IMG/VR virus record: IMGVR_UViG_3300034127_000005
Span: 34,293 to 98,292 of that record
DNA: 64,000 nt
Strand: one strand, 5' to 3'
Origin: a virus
Lineage: Duplodnaviria; Caudoviricetes
How positions within the stretch are numbered: position 1 is the stretch's first letter; each line of letters opens with the position of its first letter. A program made the translations under genes and the position numbers. The notes below the pieces were generated by a model. The model saw only the letters and a program-made list of their open reading frames with translations. It was not told the DNA's origin and did no database searches. This document shows, in pieces, positions 10,240 through 20,518 of this stretch.

Positions 10240-10764
10240 ATGGCCGGTGACATCTTGACTTACGCACCTTCGACTGTTACACTGGTACTCTGTGGCTACG
10301 TTCTTACAGGCGTTGTTTCTGTGAGTCTGCAATGGAAGTCCAGTCCGTTTACAGTAAGACGTGGAATCCGTGGTCAACACACCCGTACAGGCAGTAAGGA
10401 CAGACAGTCCACTGTCACCATCGAAGTATTGCAAACCTCTATCACCAACGACATTCTATCTGAGATTCTTGAACAGGACACCCGGAACTATTCTGGCCGT
10501 CTGGAATTCTCTGTGAAGGATGCTTCTGGTACAACTCAATGGGCAACAACTCAGTGCTTCCTACGTGGATGGGCCGACGCTTCTTTCAGTGGCGAAATCC
10601 AAACACGTAAATGGGACATTGAGATTCTATCGTTCATCAGCGGTAAGATTGGTGGTAACGCTCGACAAGGCTTCGACCTGTTGGACTCTTTCAATGGGGC
10701 ATCAGACTATATCACTAAGGGAGTTGACGGTATCGCTGACTCCGCATCGAATCTATTTACCTAA
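10240..10764 (+). CDS. Tail tube-like protein (paralog 3)
   Basis: TYAPSTV..LQTSITN..VKDASG..RKW pattern parallels the tube protein. Confidence 0.6.
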   Translation: MAGDILTYAPSTVTLVLCGYVLTGVVSVSLQWKSSPFTVRRGIRGQHTRTGSKDRQSTVTIEVLQTSITNDILSEILEQDTRNYSGRLEFSVKDASGTTQWATTQCFLRGWADASFSGEIQTRKWDIEILSFISGKIGGNARQGFDLLDSFNGASDYITKGVDGIADSASNLFT

Positions 10765-10777
10765 TTAGGAGAATCAA

Positions 10778-11158
10778 ATGGCTATCAAACAAAAAACAAT
10801 TGAAGTGAATGGCAGCGAATACCTGATCACACAACTTGGTGCATTGAAAGGAACTCGCGTTCTGAAGGAAATCACTAAACTGGTTGGGCCTGCTTTCGCT
10901 CAGATGCAAAAGAAAGACGGTGAAGGACAATCTGGAACTCTTGGTGATGCCCTTGGTATCCTGTTCGAGAACTTGGACAATGCAAACATTGAAGGTATGA
11001 TCATGGAGCTGGCTAACACTGTTGCCAAGCCTAATGGATCGCCAATCACTTTCGACATGGAGTTTGCTGGAGAATACGACAAACTGTTCCTCGTTCTGAA
11101 GGAGGTTGCCGAATTCAACTTCGGTTCGGTTTTTACTCTGTTCGGTTCTCGGGAGTAA
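10778..11158 (+). CDS. Tail assembly chaperone (G-like)
   Basis: Two genes upstream of tape measure; strong SD. Confidence 0.75.
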   Translation: MAIKQKTIEVNGSEYLITQLGALKGTRVLKEITKLVGPAFAQMQKKDGEGQSGTLGDALGILFENLDNANIEGMIMELANTVAKPNGSPITFDMEFAGEYDKLFLVLKEVAEFNFGSVFTLFGSRE

Positions 11159-11172
11159 CAGCAAGCCCTGAT

Positions 11173-11430
11173 ATGCAAGTAAGCATGGATGGGACAACCC
11201 TTGAACCAGCGGCTGTACATCCTAGATTGCAACGTGTCCAAGATCAATTCAGTCAGGACTGGGAAGTGTATAATGTCCTAACCAGTCCTCTGCAACTTGC
11301 TACATACGTTGAACTAGATACAGTCTGCAACACGGAAGACTTGTACAAGATGTTTGAAATAGTGCAAGTGCATAAAGAGATTGAGATTGTGGCTCAAATC
11401 CAAGCCAAACTCACAGAAGGAAGTAAATAA
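11173..11430 (+). CDS. Tail assembly chaperone C-terminal part (T-like), probably expressed by -1 frameshift
   Basis: No SD; its frame is open back to G_GTT_TTT at 11128-11134 in the upstream gene. Confidence 0.65.
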   Translation: MQVSMDGTTLEPAAVHPRLQRVQDQFSQDWEVYNVLTSPLQLATYVELDTVCNTEDLYKMFEIVQVHKEIEIVAQIQAKLTEGSK

Positions 11431-13673
11431 TGATCACCGAGGAAATCGCGAGGCTTACTGGTAAGCTGGTGTTCCAAGTTGACAACCGCCCTCTTATGGC
11501 GTTCGAGAAGAGACTGAATAGCGTTATCAGTCAACTCCGTCAACTGGAAACACTGGCAAACAAGAAGTTCAATATCAAAGTCCAGCTAGACTCTCGTACC
11601 TTGCGTGAGCAACTGGCAAAGGCAGCTAGTGCCAAAGTTACACTGAAGGATGTTAACGTCTCTCAGGAAGCTATGGCACTTGCTGCTAAGCGTATTACTG
11701 AGAAGTTGGAAAGTACGCCAATCAACCTGAACAAGATTCGTGTTGATATTTCTTCCCTGATTCAGCAGAAGAAACTTGTACGCACTCTGCTAGGGCAAAT
11801 GGATATTCGACTTCCAGTTAAGTTCCAGCGAGCTGGTGCTGACAAAGATTTGAAGGCATGGAAGAAAGATATTCAGGACAAGTACCCAGTCAAGATTGGG
11901 ATTGACCGTGCCCACCTTAAGAATGAAATCAGAGATGTATTGGCTCAGATTCGTCGTGAAACTACTATCCGCGTAGACCTGCGTGGTGATAGTGGAATGC
12001 GTGACAGACAACGTAGTCCGGTGGCTGATCGTGGGGCAAGAGGCCATGCATTCGGTGGTGGCTTGATGGGAGCTGGTATGGGCTTCGCTCGTGGCGCTCT
12101 ACCGGGTCTAGGAGCTGCGTTCGCTATCGGTGCAGTCAACAAGATCAACCAAGAGCTGGTAGCGACTAGCACAGCCTTGGAGGCCGTCAGCGGAGGTGCA
12201 GAAGGGTACGCAAGTAACCTGAAGTTCCTTGAAGACTTGACCCAAGAGCAAGGACGTAACATGAGAGACATCGGTCCTCAGTTCAACTCCGTTCTTGCAT
12301 CTGCAAAGGCCAGCATTGGAAACCAAGGTGTTCAAGATTTGTTCCGTGGTATGTCTAAATACGGAACTGTAATGGGTCTTGATCAGGAGGCCATGAAAGG
12401 TAGCTTCCGTGCTATCAGTCAGATGTTCTCGAAAGATAAGATTCAAGCTGAAGAAGCACAAGGTCAGTTGGCTGAAAGATTGCCAGCGGCTATGCAACTT
12501 CTTGCTGAAGCGAACGGGACTGATGTTCCCGGCCTTCGTGAGATGATGCAGAAGGGTAAGCTCGATCCTAAGAAAGTGCTGCCAGAGATGGCTCGCATTA
12601 TGGAACGACTTGCTGAAGCTAATGGCGCATATGCCAAGGCTCTAGAGTCTACACGAGTTGCCCAAGGACGAATGAACCGTCAGTTTGAACGCTCTGTTCA
12701 AATCTTTGCTGCTGGTGGTTTCGACAAAGGCATCCGAGATTTCTTTACAACTATGGCAGATGCCATGAGAGATGCTGGCCCGCTTGTCAAATCCCTTGGA
12801 GCTGCATTCGAATTCCTCGTTCGTCCACTCAACGCTCTGATTAAGATCGGTGCAGGTATTGGTCAGAATTGGGAGAAGATCGCAGGTGTCTTTGGAATGA
12901 CAGGGGATCAACTAGCTAAGCTTCTAGCTGTAGCTGGTATCGCTGCACTACCATTCGGAACACTAGCGCTTGCTATTTCTGCTGTTGCATTGGCAGTTCA
13001 AGATGTAATGACTTACGCTGATGGCGGTGATTCACTATTTGGACGTTTCCTTGAAAGCAGTCCTGAGGCTAAAGCCGCACTGGAAGGTTTCACAACAGAA
13101 GCTAAACAGTTTGGTGAGTATCTACAACTAGCCGTTACAAACGCTCTTGAGCTTGCTGGTGGATTGGAAGGTCTATCCCTGCCTGAGATGTTCATTAGCA
13201 CCATGCGTGAACTCTCCGCTATCCTGAAGCTGTTCAATGATACTGTTGACCGTATGGTTGCTGCTGGGCAATATGCTCAAATGATGAACCCAGACGGAGG
13301 TACTATTGGAACTAACATGTCCAACATGCGTGCCATGTACGAAGGACCAGAGTGGGCAAGACAACAAATGTCTGACCATATTGCAAGAGGCTTTGCAACG
13401 CAGCCTGTAGGAGCAGCAACGCCGGGAGTTAATTCCCTGACGCCTGAGACTATGGCAGCAGCAATCGCTGAAGCTATTGGAAGACAGCAAGCAGTGAGTC
13501 AACTAAACAAACAGTACATGGAAGCCAACATCAACGTCAATGTCGAAGGTGGTGTTGTATCCGCTGGCGACCTAATGACTGCCCTTAACGAGCCGATGAA
13601 ACAGATCGCTATCAAAGCCTTTGGCGAAGTAGTGAACAGTGAACGCTCTACACAATCGCAGGTGAGACAATGA
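11430..13673 (+). CDS. Tape measure protein
   Basis: 747 aa, helical and Ala/Gly-rich; AISQMFSKDKIQAEE..QLAERLP tape-measure motif. Confidence 0.9.
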   Translation: MITEEIARLTGKLVFQVDNRPLMAFEKRLNSVISQLRQLETLANKKFNIKVQLDSRTLREQLAKAASAKVTLKDVNVSQEAMALAAKRITEKLESTPINLNKIRVDISSLIQQKKLVRTLLGQMDIRLPVKFQRAGADKDLKAWKKDIQDKYPVKIGIDRAHLKNEIRDVLAQIRRETTIRVDLRGDSGMRDRQRSPVADRGARGHAFGGGLMGAGMGFARGALPGLGAAFAIGAVNKINQELVATSTALEAVSGGAEGYASNLKFLEDLTQEQGRNMRDIGPQFNSVLASAKASIGNQGVQDLFRGMSKYGTVMGLDQEAMKGSFRAISQMFSKDKIQAEEAQGQLAERLPAAMQLLAEANGTDVPGLREMMQKGKLDPKKVLPEMARIMERLAEANGAYAKALESTRVAQGRMNRQFERSVQIFAAGGFDKGIRDFFTTMADAMRDAGPLVKSLGAAFEFLVRPLNALIKIGAGIGQNWEKIAGVFGMTGDQLAKLLAVAGIAALPFGTLALAISAVALAVQDVMTYADGGDSLFGRFLESSPEAKAALEGFTTEAKQFGEYLQLAVTNALELAGGLEGLSLPEMFISTMRELSAILKLFNDTVDRMVAAGQYAQMMNPDGGTIGTNMSNMRAMYEGPEWARQQMSDHIARGFATQPVGAATPGVNSLTPETMAAAIAEAIGRQQAVSQLNKQYMEANINVNVEGGVVSAGDLMTALNEPMKQIAIKAFGEVVNSERSTQSQVRQ

Positions 13674-14491
13674 CAATCGCTATCCGCCGTGAGAACGGCG
13701 ACATTCTATGGTTTGACGCTGTTGAGGGCTTCGATGAAGTCCTCAGTTCCATGGTAACTAAACATCCAATTGCTACAGGCAGTTTTGTTGCAGACCACAT
13801 CACGAAAGATAATCCAAAGTTCACTCTTCGTGGAGTCCTATCTGATGCTGACTTTAACTTCAACAGACCACAGTTGGATTACAACGCAACGCTGAATGTT
13901 ATTGGGCTCGGACAAGAGGAAGTAACATTCCCTATGAATGGTGTTAAGAAACAATACACGAACAATACACCAGTCGATAACCCAGTCTCTATTAACAGTA
14001 ACAAGAATACATTCAAGAGCTTCTTGCCTGAAGCTATCTCTCAGTTCACTAGCACGAGTATCCCTGAAGTTGTTGTAACTGAGCAACCAAAGGTTAAGTC
14101 TGCATCTGCTGTACGCCTAGATTTGGTGCGTATCCGTGAGATGAAAGAAGAGTTCACCCTTGTAGACTATGAAGATAATTTGATCCGTCGTAGTTGGTCT
14201 GGATGCGTTCTTGTCAATCTCTCTTTCAGTGAAGACGCTGATGGCGGAGACTCCAGTGCTCTATTCCCTGTTATGGAAATCGAACAGGTTGTATACACCA
14301 ATGTTGAAAACGTTCGTATCAAGTTGAAGCCAGTTAACAAAGGGCGTCAACAAGGTGCAGCATCTAAGCGTGACACTGTTGAAGGGGATGATGCTAAGAC
14401 TCAACCAACTAACTTGTCGGGTGGATCATCTGAAGCTCTGAAGGCTAGTGGTCTAGCTAAACCTAAACCTAAATTTGGAGATGCCCCTTGA
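13670..14491 (+). CDS. Baseplate/tail tube initiator protein (Dit-like)
   Basis: VTKHPIATGSFVADH motif; follows TMP. Confidence 0.65.
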   Translation: MTIAIRRENGDILWFDAVEGFDEVLSSMVTKHPIATGSFVADHITKDNPKFTLRGVLSDADFNFNRPQLDYNATLNVIGLGQEEVTFPMNGVKKQYTNNTPVDNPVSINSNKNTFKSFLPEAISQFTSTSIPEVVVTEQPKVKSASAVRLDLVRIREMKEEFTLVDYEDNLIRRSWSGCVLVNLSFSEDADGGDSSALFPVMEIEQVVYTNVENVRIKLKPVNKGRQQGAASKRDTVEGDDAKTQPTNLSGGSSEALKASGLAKPKPKFGDAP

Positions 14492-14829
14492 CAACTAACT
14501 TTATTAGCATGCCGTTGTATACTGAACTCACTTACCGCTACAGCATCTCTCTAGAGAACATCTCGTGGCAGTTCAAGTTCTATTGGGTTGCACGTGCAAA
14601 GCAGTGGCATTTCGACATTCGTCGAGATGATCAGACACCTATCATCCTAGGATATGCCTTGGTTCCACAGTACCCTATCCTTGAAGACGTACCACTTGAA
14701 ACTTTCGGGCTTACTGGAAGATTCGTATTGATGCCTGCCAACGTTTCTGTTGCAACATCGATCACACAAGAATCTTCTGTCATGCCTGAATTCTTTGAAC
14801 TTTTTTATATGTATGAAACGGAGGACTAA
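14488..14829 (+). CDS. Baseplate protein
   Basis: Synteny; 113 aa; TTG start overlapping upstream stop. Confidence 0.55.
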   Translation: MTTNFISMPLYTELTYRYSISLENISWQFKFYWVARAKQWHFDIRRDDQTPIILGYALVPQYPILEDVPLETFGLTGRFVLMPANVSVATSITQESSVMPEFFELFYMYETED

Positions 14830-14830
14830 C

Positions 14831-15751
14831 ATGATCCAGAAAGAACGGGTTTATGAATTAATCGTTGGTGACTACCGTACAGGAAATGGCCTACGGATCA
14901 CCGCAGGCATCCCCGACGAAGAGGGGTTTTTGAATGTTGGTCTACAGATCACATTTGATATTTCCAAGATGGCGGACAACAAGAAAACAAAAGGCAACTC
15001 TGCCTCGATTGAAGTTTATAACCTGTCGCGTAGTCAGGCTGCTCTACTGGAAGGTGAGTATCTTGAATGCACATTCTCTCTTGGTTATGAAGAACAAGGT
15101 CCACGAGTTGTCGTGACAGGTAATGTTACTGACATCTCCACACGAAAGAGTGGCGAGGATCGTATTACAGTCATTCGAATGGGGGAGGGTTATACAGACC
15201 TTAACCACAAGAAGCTTAAACAAATGGTAAGTCCGGGTAAAACTGTTCAAGATGTCATCAACGATATCCAGAAACAAATGCCCGGTGTATCCCGTGGAAG
15301 TATCACTGGAACCAACCTCAACAATCCAATCGTACATGGATGGCGTCTAACAGGCACACCGCGTGAGATGTTGAAGAAGGTGTGTGATGCCTACGATCTA
15401 GAATACAACGTCTCTGGGGGCGTCCTGAACGTCACTGACGAGAATGGATTGTCTACCAAGGACGTACAAAATGCTCCAGTAATTAGTCCAACAACAGGAT
15501 TGATTGATGAACCATTTTACACATCTGAAGACGGACGTAAACATCCAAAAGATAAACGTCGCCGTCGTGGTGTCCAATTCACTTGTCTGTTGAATACAGA
15601 ACTGCTACCCGGACGTATCGTTAAACTGGAAGACACCGTTATCAACGGGTTCTATCGAATCAACGCTACAAGATTCAACGGAGATTTCCGTGGGAACAAC
15701 TGGTATGCAGAGTGTCTGTGTTCAGAGATTGCAGCAGAGGAACTACAATGA
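14831..15751 (+). CDS. Baseplate hub protein
   Basis: Start at ATG 14831 (SD gagga); IEVYNLS, ISPTTGLI and GDFRGNNW motifs. Confidence 0.7.
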   Translation: MIQKERVYELIVGDYRTGNGLRITAGIPDEEGFLNVGLQITFDISKMADNKKTKGNSASIEVYNLSRSQAALLEGEYLECTFSLGYEEQGPRVVVTGNVTDISTRKSGEDRITVIRMGEGYTDLNHKKLKQMVSPGKTVQDVINDIQKQMPGVSRGSITGTNLNNPIVHGWRLTGTPREMLKKVCDAYDLEYNVSGGVLNVTDENGLSTKDVQNAPVISPTTGLIDEPFYTSEDGRKHPKDKRRRRGVQFTCLLNTELLPGRIVKLEDTVINGFYRINATRFNGDFRGNNWYAECLCSEIAAEELQ

Positions 15752-16545
15752 TTCCCGGTCTACTGAATGAATATCTAAAAACTGAATTCGAATACTCTAT
15801 GGCGGAATACTGGTTCGCATGTCCGGGGATTGTCACTGGTGTATCTGGTGACTTCTCCGATCTACGTGTAACAGTGAAGCCAGCTATCAATGAATTGTAT
15901 GCCGATGGCGTCAGCGAAGAACACTTGGACATTCTGAGTGTTCCAGTTGTAATGCCGGGGAGTGCTACATCTCTTGTTAGTTTTCCAGTCAATGCCGGTG
16001 ACACTGTACTCCTTGTATTCAGTCAGCGCTCGATGGACAACTTCAAGATTGGTAGCGGATTGCCAACACAACCAAACGATGCACGAAAATTCCAAGCCGA
16101 GGATGCTATTGCCATTCCCGGCTTGTTTACGTTCTCGAAGAGTGTTAACCGCCCTTCGATTCGTAAATACCCACACAACCCCAAAACTGACCTAGTAGTT
16201 GCCCATAACATTGCGAGCGGTACTGAGGTAATGATTCACTTCAAACAGTCTGGGGACATGATTGTGAACACAGAGCAGGCTGTAACCGTCAATTGCAAAA
16301 CTGGCGAAGTCAATGCTACCGAGTCTTACACGATCAATACACCAACAATGAATGTTAACGCTGATACAACAACTTGGACTGGTGATATTGCTCATCAAGG
16401 TAACACAACCCAAACAGGCAATTACACTCAGACAGGCAATTACACAATCACTGGACAAGCCAGATTCAATGGTGTCTTGTTCGATACTCACTTCCATTCC
16501 GGTGTTACTCCCGGTGTTAGCAACTCTGGCCCTGTGGCTGGCTAA
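15748..16545 (+). CDS. Baseplate central spike (gpV/gp45-like)
   Basis: FPVNAGDTVLLVFSQRS, beta-helix repeats QTGNYT, C-terminal HxH (THFHSG) metal-binding apex. Confidence 0.85.
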   Translation: MIPGLLNEYLKTEFEYSMAEYWFACPGIVTGVSGDFSDLRVTVKPAINELYADGVSEEHLDILSVPVVMPGSATSLVSFPVNAGDTVLLVFSQRSMDNFKIGSGLPTQPNDARKFQAEDAIAIPGLFTFSKSVNRPSIRKYPHNPKTDLVVAHNIASGTEVMIHFKQSGDMIVNTEQAVTVNCKTGEVNATESYTINTPTMNVNADTTTWTGDIAHQGNTTQTGNYTQTGNYTITGQARFNGVLFDTHFHSGVTPGVSNSGPVAG

Positions 16546-16555
16546 GGAGATTCTT

Positions 16556-16930
16556 ATGGACTTGCTACTCAATACAGACACGGGAGATATGGTTTTTGTG
16601 AACGGTGGCGCTCCAGTCACCCAGCACACTGCCGATGTCGTTGCCCAGCGTCTACGAATTACACTTTACACATTTCTCGGAGAGTGGTTCCTTGACACAA
16701 CAGTCGGGGTTCCATACTTCCAACAAATCTTCGGTAAGCTACGAACAAAAGCTTCCGTTGACTTGATCTTTCAACAAATCATTACTGATGACCGTGACGT
16801 TATTGAAATCCTAACGTTTGAGTCCACACTTGACCGTGGGGCTAGAGGTTACAGTATGACATTCCAAGTGCGTGTAAGTGATAACACTGCATCGCTCCCA
16901 ATTACAATCGACCTAGGAGACGTTATCTAA
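16556..16930 (+). CDS. Baseplate wedge/sheath initiator (gp25/gpW-like)
   Basis: Start at ATG 16556 (SD aaggag); QRL..FLGEWFLDTTVGVPY motif. Confidence 0.75.
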   Translation: MDLLLNTDTGDMVFVNGGAPVTQHTADVVAQRLRITLYTFLGEWFLDTTVGVPYFQQIFGKLRTKASVDLIFQQIITDDRDVIEILTFESTLDRGARGYSMTFQVRVSDNTASLPITIDLGDVI

Positions 16931-18384
16931 TGGCTGGTCTTACGCGTGAAGGTCTTGAGATTAAAACCCAAGACGAAGTATTGAATGACAACCGTATCCG
17001 AGCGTCTAACTTGTTCGCTGACCTTGTGCCAGCAGGAGACATTGTTGACGTTGGGGCTAACGGAACTATCGGGCGTCTCATTGGCGTTGTCTCTCCAGCA
17101 GAGGCGAGCATGTGGGAAGCCATTCAACAAGTTTATAACAGCTTCAACCCAGCAACTGCCATCGGTATTGCTCTCGACAACGTAATCGCTCTCTCTGGTA
17201 TCTCTCGACTTGTTGCACAACCAACAAGAGCACAGGTGATTCTGGAAGGTACAACGAATATCGCTATCAGCTCTCCGCTTGGTAAAGCATATAGCTCTAC
17301 AACTCAGAGAGTTTTCTCGATCCTGAATCCAGTTATCCTGAGTCCAATGTCCGCTTCTGGTATTGGCATCGTTCCAATCACAGTGGCTGACAGCACTAAC
17401 TACACATTCAGCTACTCTCTAGACGGTGTTAACTACATCGACACAGTATACAATTCTGGGATTGGTGCAACATCTTCTTCCATTCTCGCCGGATTGAAGA
17501 CAAATGTTGATTTAATTTTGGGTGGGGTCTTTACAACTTACTATCAAGATGGTAGACTGTTTATAACTCGTACTGATCCGTTCCAAGTTGCTGACTTCAC
17601 TGTCAGTGTCAATCTTCGTATCGAAAAGGTTAGAAAACTTGGTATTGCCGTAGATGATATCGTGGGAGCCTTCCCACAACAAGCTATGAGCATCGATACT
17701 ATTTCTGTCCCTATTCCGGGGTGGGATAGCATTCTCAACCCTATCAGCGCCACCACAGGCCGTCTGGTAGAGACTGACGAAGAGCTTCGTGAACGTTTCC
17801 GTAACTCTAAATTCTTCCAATCTCAGAATATCCTTGAAGCTTTGCTCGACGCACTCCGCAACGTAGATGGTGTCTCTGACGTCGTTGTCTATGAGAACGA
17901 TACAGATGCTCCTGATGTTAACGGTGTACCGGGGCATAGCTTCTTGCCTATCGTTCTGGGTGGATTGCCTTCGGACATCGGAAACACTATTTGGCAAAAC
18001 AAGCCAACGGGTATTCCTTCTGTGGGAGATACAACTGTGCAAATCGCGGATAGCCAAGGCTTCTTGCACAACATCTCTTACAAGCGTCCGACAGAAATTC
18101 CAATCTACATCACTGTAAGCATCTCGAATGCTGGTGGTCTAGCGGGTGACGCACAAGCTCAGATTCGTCAGAACATTGAAAACTATGGAGAGTCTAACTA
18201 CTTCATTGGGGATGATGTGATCTACTCTCGATTCTACACTCCAATCAACTCTGTACCGGGGCACATGGTTAACTCTTTGTTCATTGGAACTTCTCCAAGC
18301 CCAACAGATACAGCTAATATTGAGATTGACTTCGATGCAGTTGCAACATTCAACCCAGCCAACATCATCGTCAACCTAGTATGA
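16930..18384 (+). CDS. Baseplate wedge protein (gpJ-like)
   Basis: ATAIGIALD, GRLVETDEELRER, VYENDT..NGVPGHS motifs. Confidence 0.85.
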   Translation: MAGLTREGLEIKTQDEVLNDNRIRASNLFADLVPAGDIVDVGANGTIGRLIGVVSPAEASMWEAIQQVYNSFNPATAIGIALDNVIALSGISRLVAQPTRAQVILEGTTNIAISSPLGKAYSSTTQRVFSILNPVILSPMSASGIGIVPITVADSTNYTFSYSLDGVNYIDTVYNSGIGATSSSILAGLKTNVDLILGGVFTTYYQDGRLFITRTDPFQVADFTVSVNLRIEKVRKLGIAVDDIVGAFPQQAMSIDTISVPIPGWDSILNPISATTGRLVETDEELRERFRNSKFFQSQNILEALLDALRNVDGVSDVVVYENDTDAPDVNGVPGHSFLPIVLGGLPSDIGNTIWQNKPTGIPSVGDTTVQIADSQGFLHNISYKRPTEIPIYITVSISNAGGLAGDAQAQIRQNIENYGESNYFIGDDVIYSRFYTPINSVPGHMVNSLFIGTSPSPTDTANIEIDFDAVATFNPANIIVNLV

Positions 18385-18414
18385 TGAATACTCACCTAGT
18401 GTAAGGAGCCTCCA

Positions 18415-19146
18415 ATGAGCGTCAATCCGTTTGATACTGTACCCTTCGTTGATGAGGCTCGTAGCCGTATCACTGAACAGTTCAAAGAAAAACCAATCAT
18501 CGATAAATACATTCGACTACTCATCGGTGAATGGGAAGAGATGCAAGTCGTTCTAAAAGATTTGCAACAACTCCGTTCTATTGATACTGCTGTTGGTGCT
18601 CAACTCGATGTCATTGGTGAAATCGTAGGTCGTCCACGTGGGCTTGTAACTGCTGACCTGTTCTACTACTTCGGTTTCGAAGGGGCTCCCTTGTCTGGGA
18701 GCTTCGCCTCTACAACTGACCCAACTGTTGGTGCTCCTTGGTACTCCATCGATGCTCCAACTGGAATCTCTCGTGAACCTTCTGATGAAGAATACCGTCT
18801 GATTCTCAAAGCTAAGATTATCAAGAATAGAACAATGTCACGCCCTGAGGACGTAATTCAGGCTTACAAGTTCCTATTCCAAACTGGGACTGTAACTCTT
18901 GACGAATATGAGCCTGCAAAAGTTCGCATCGGGATCGGTAAGATTCTTACGAACGTAGAACGCGGACTACTGTTTGACCTAGGAGGTGCAGGAACACTGC
19001 TACCAAAAACTGTAGGTGTTAGTTACGCCTATTCTGAATTTCAAGCTGGACGTGTCTTTGCAACAGAAGGATTTCCCGGCGGTGTTGGTGTTGGTGATCT
19101 AACCGACCCACTGTCCGGTGGTATCTTGTCCAACCTAATCACTTAA
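18415..19146 (+). CDS. Baseplate wedge protein (DUF2612-like)
   Basis: IDTAVGAQLDVIGEIVG and SDEEYRLILKAKI motifs. Confidence 0.75.
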   Translation: MSVNPFDTVPFVDEARSRITEQFKEKPIIDKYIRLLIGEWEEMQVVLKDLQQLRSIDTAVGAQLDVIGEIVGRPRGLVTADLFYYFGFEGAPLSGSFASTTDPTVGAPWYSIDAPTGISREPSDEEYRLILKAKIIKNRTMSRPEDVIQAYKFLFQTGTVTLDEYEPAKVRIGIGKILTNVERGLLFDLGGAGTLLPKTVGVSYAYSEFQAGRVFATEGFPGGVGVGDLTDPLSGGILSNLIT

Positions 19147-19164
19147 TTAAAAGGATCATTTTAC

Positions 19165-20505
19165 ATGGTTGATATTATCAAGCAAAATATGACGGATATT
19201 TGGGCATCTGCCGGGGATATTACTGCCCCAGATCCTTCAAAGATTGCGGCTGGATGGGTGGTCGAGGCTGTTCCCCGTCAATGGTGGAACTGGTTTGAAA
19301 ACCGCCAAGATACAAACATCGCCTACATGCTTCAGAAAGGTTTGCCTGAATGGGATGTTGATACAGAATACCTGACAAATAAATCTTACGTCCAACGTAA
19401 TGGTGTTGTTTATAAATGTATCCTGACTAACACTAACCTAGACCCGGCTACAACTCCCGCTAACTGGGTTAAGGCATTCCCAGAGTCCTCTGCGAGCCTT
19501 GAAGCGATTCGAGCAGTTACCCCTGTAGCTGATACGTTCGTTTACTTTACAAGCCCTACAGCGGCTGCTACAAGCTCTGTGACGGCATTCATGCGTACAC
19601 TGCTTGATGACGTAGATGCAGCTACAGCTCGTGCCACCTTGCAAGCTCAAGTAGCAAGTGCTGTTCTGACAACTCTGGCAACACTAAGCCCAGCAACAAA
19701 CAAACTTCCTTACTTCACTGGGACATCGACTGCTACAACAACCGATCTGACAGCCTTTGGTCGCTCTCTACTGGACGATACAGACGCCGCAGCAGCTCGT
19801 TCCACTCTTGGAGTTGATAGTTCTTCTGATGCTGCCGCTGCTCTTGCAGCAGGATTGGCAACTAAACAACCACTGAATTCTCTTCTGACTAGCGTTTCTG
19901 CTCTTAACCCAGCAGCTAACCAGATGATCTACTACACAGGCACAAACACTGGTGCAACCACAGCGTTGACAGCGTTCGCCCGTAGTATCCTTGATGATGC
20001 AGATGCTGCAACAGTTAGAACAACTATTGGTGCTAACGATGCAGCTAACTTGACAACAGGTATTCTGGATTTGGCTCGCCTTCCAGCGTCACTGACAGGT
20101 AAGAATGCTGCAACAGCAACAGCCTTGCAAACACCTCGTACAATTCAAGGTGTTGCATTTGACGGTACAGCAAACATCACGCTCTCTGTAGTTGATAAAG
20201 ATTCTGCTGTCGGTGCTGCTGCAATCCCTGCTGGTAGTACGGCTCAACGTCCTGCAAACGGTGCTGGTAAGTTCCGATTTAACACTGATACAAGTCGTGC
20301 TGAAATCAACAACGGTACAGCTTGGGGCAGCTTGGGTGGGGCATCTGGGGGTGGTAACGATTCGGTCTTCTACTTGAACGATCAAACAGTTACCGCAGAC
20401 TTCACAGTACCTGCTGGACAGAATGCAATGTCTTCTGGTCCTATCACAATCGCAAACGGCGTCACAGTTACTGTTTCCAACGGTTCTGTCTGGACCATCG
20501 TTTAA
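19165..20505 (+). CDS. Tail fibre protein 1
   Basis: Baseplate-anchor N-terminus (WNWFENR..GLPEWD); three TAFxRxLLDDxDAAxxRxTL repeats; FRFNT..WG motif. Confidence 0.8.
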   Translation: MVDIIKQNMTDIWASAGDITAPDPSKIAAGWVVEAVPRQWWNWFENRQDTNIAYMLQKGLPEWDVDTEYLTNKSYVQRNGVVYKCILTNTNLDPATTPANWVKAFPESSASLEAIRAVTPVADTFVYFTSPTAAATSSVTAFMRTLLDDVDAATARATLQAQVASAVLTTLATLSPATNKLPYFTGTSTATTTDLTAFGRSLLDDTDAAAARSTLGVDSSSDAAAALAAGLATKQPLNSLLTSVSALNPAANQMIYYTGTNTGATTALTAFARSILDDADAATVRTTIGANDAANLTTGILDLARLPASLTGKNAATATALQTPRTIQGVAFDGTANITLSVVDKDSAVGAAAIPAGSTAQRPANGAGKFRFNTDTSRAEINNGTAWGSLGGASGGGNDSVFYLNDQTVTADFTVPAGQNAMSSGPITIANGVTVTVSNGSVWTIV

Positions 20506-20518
20506 GGAGAATTATATA

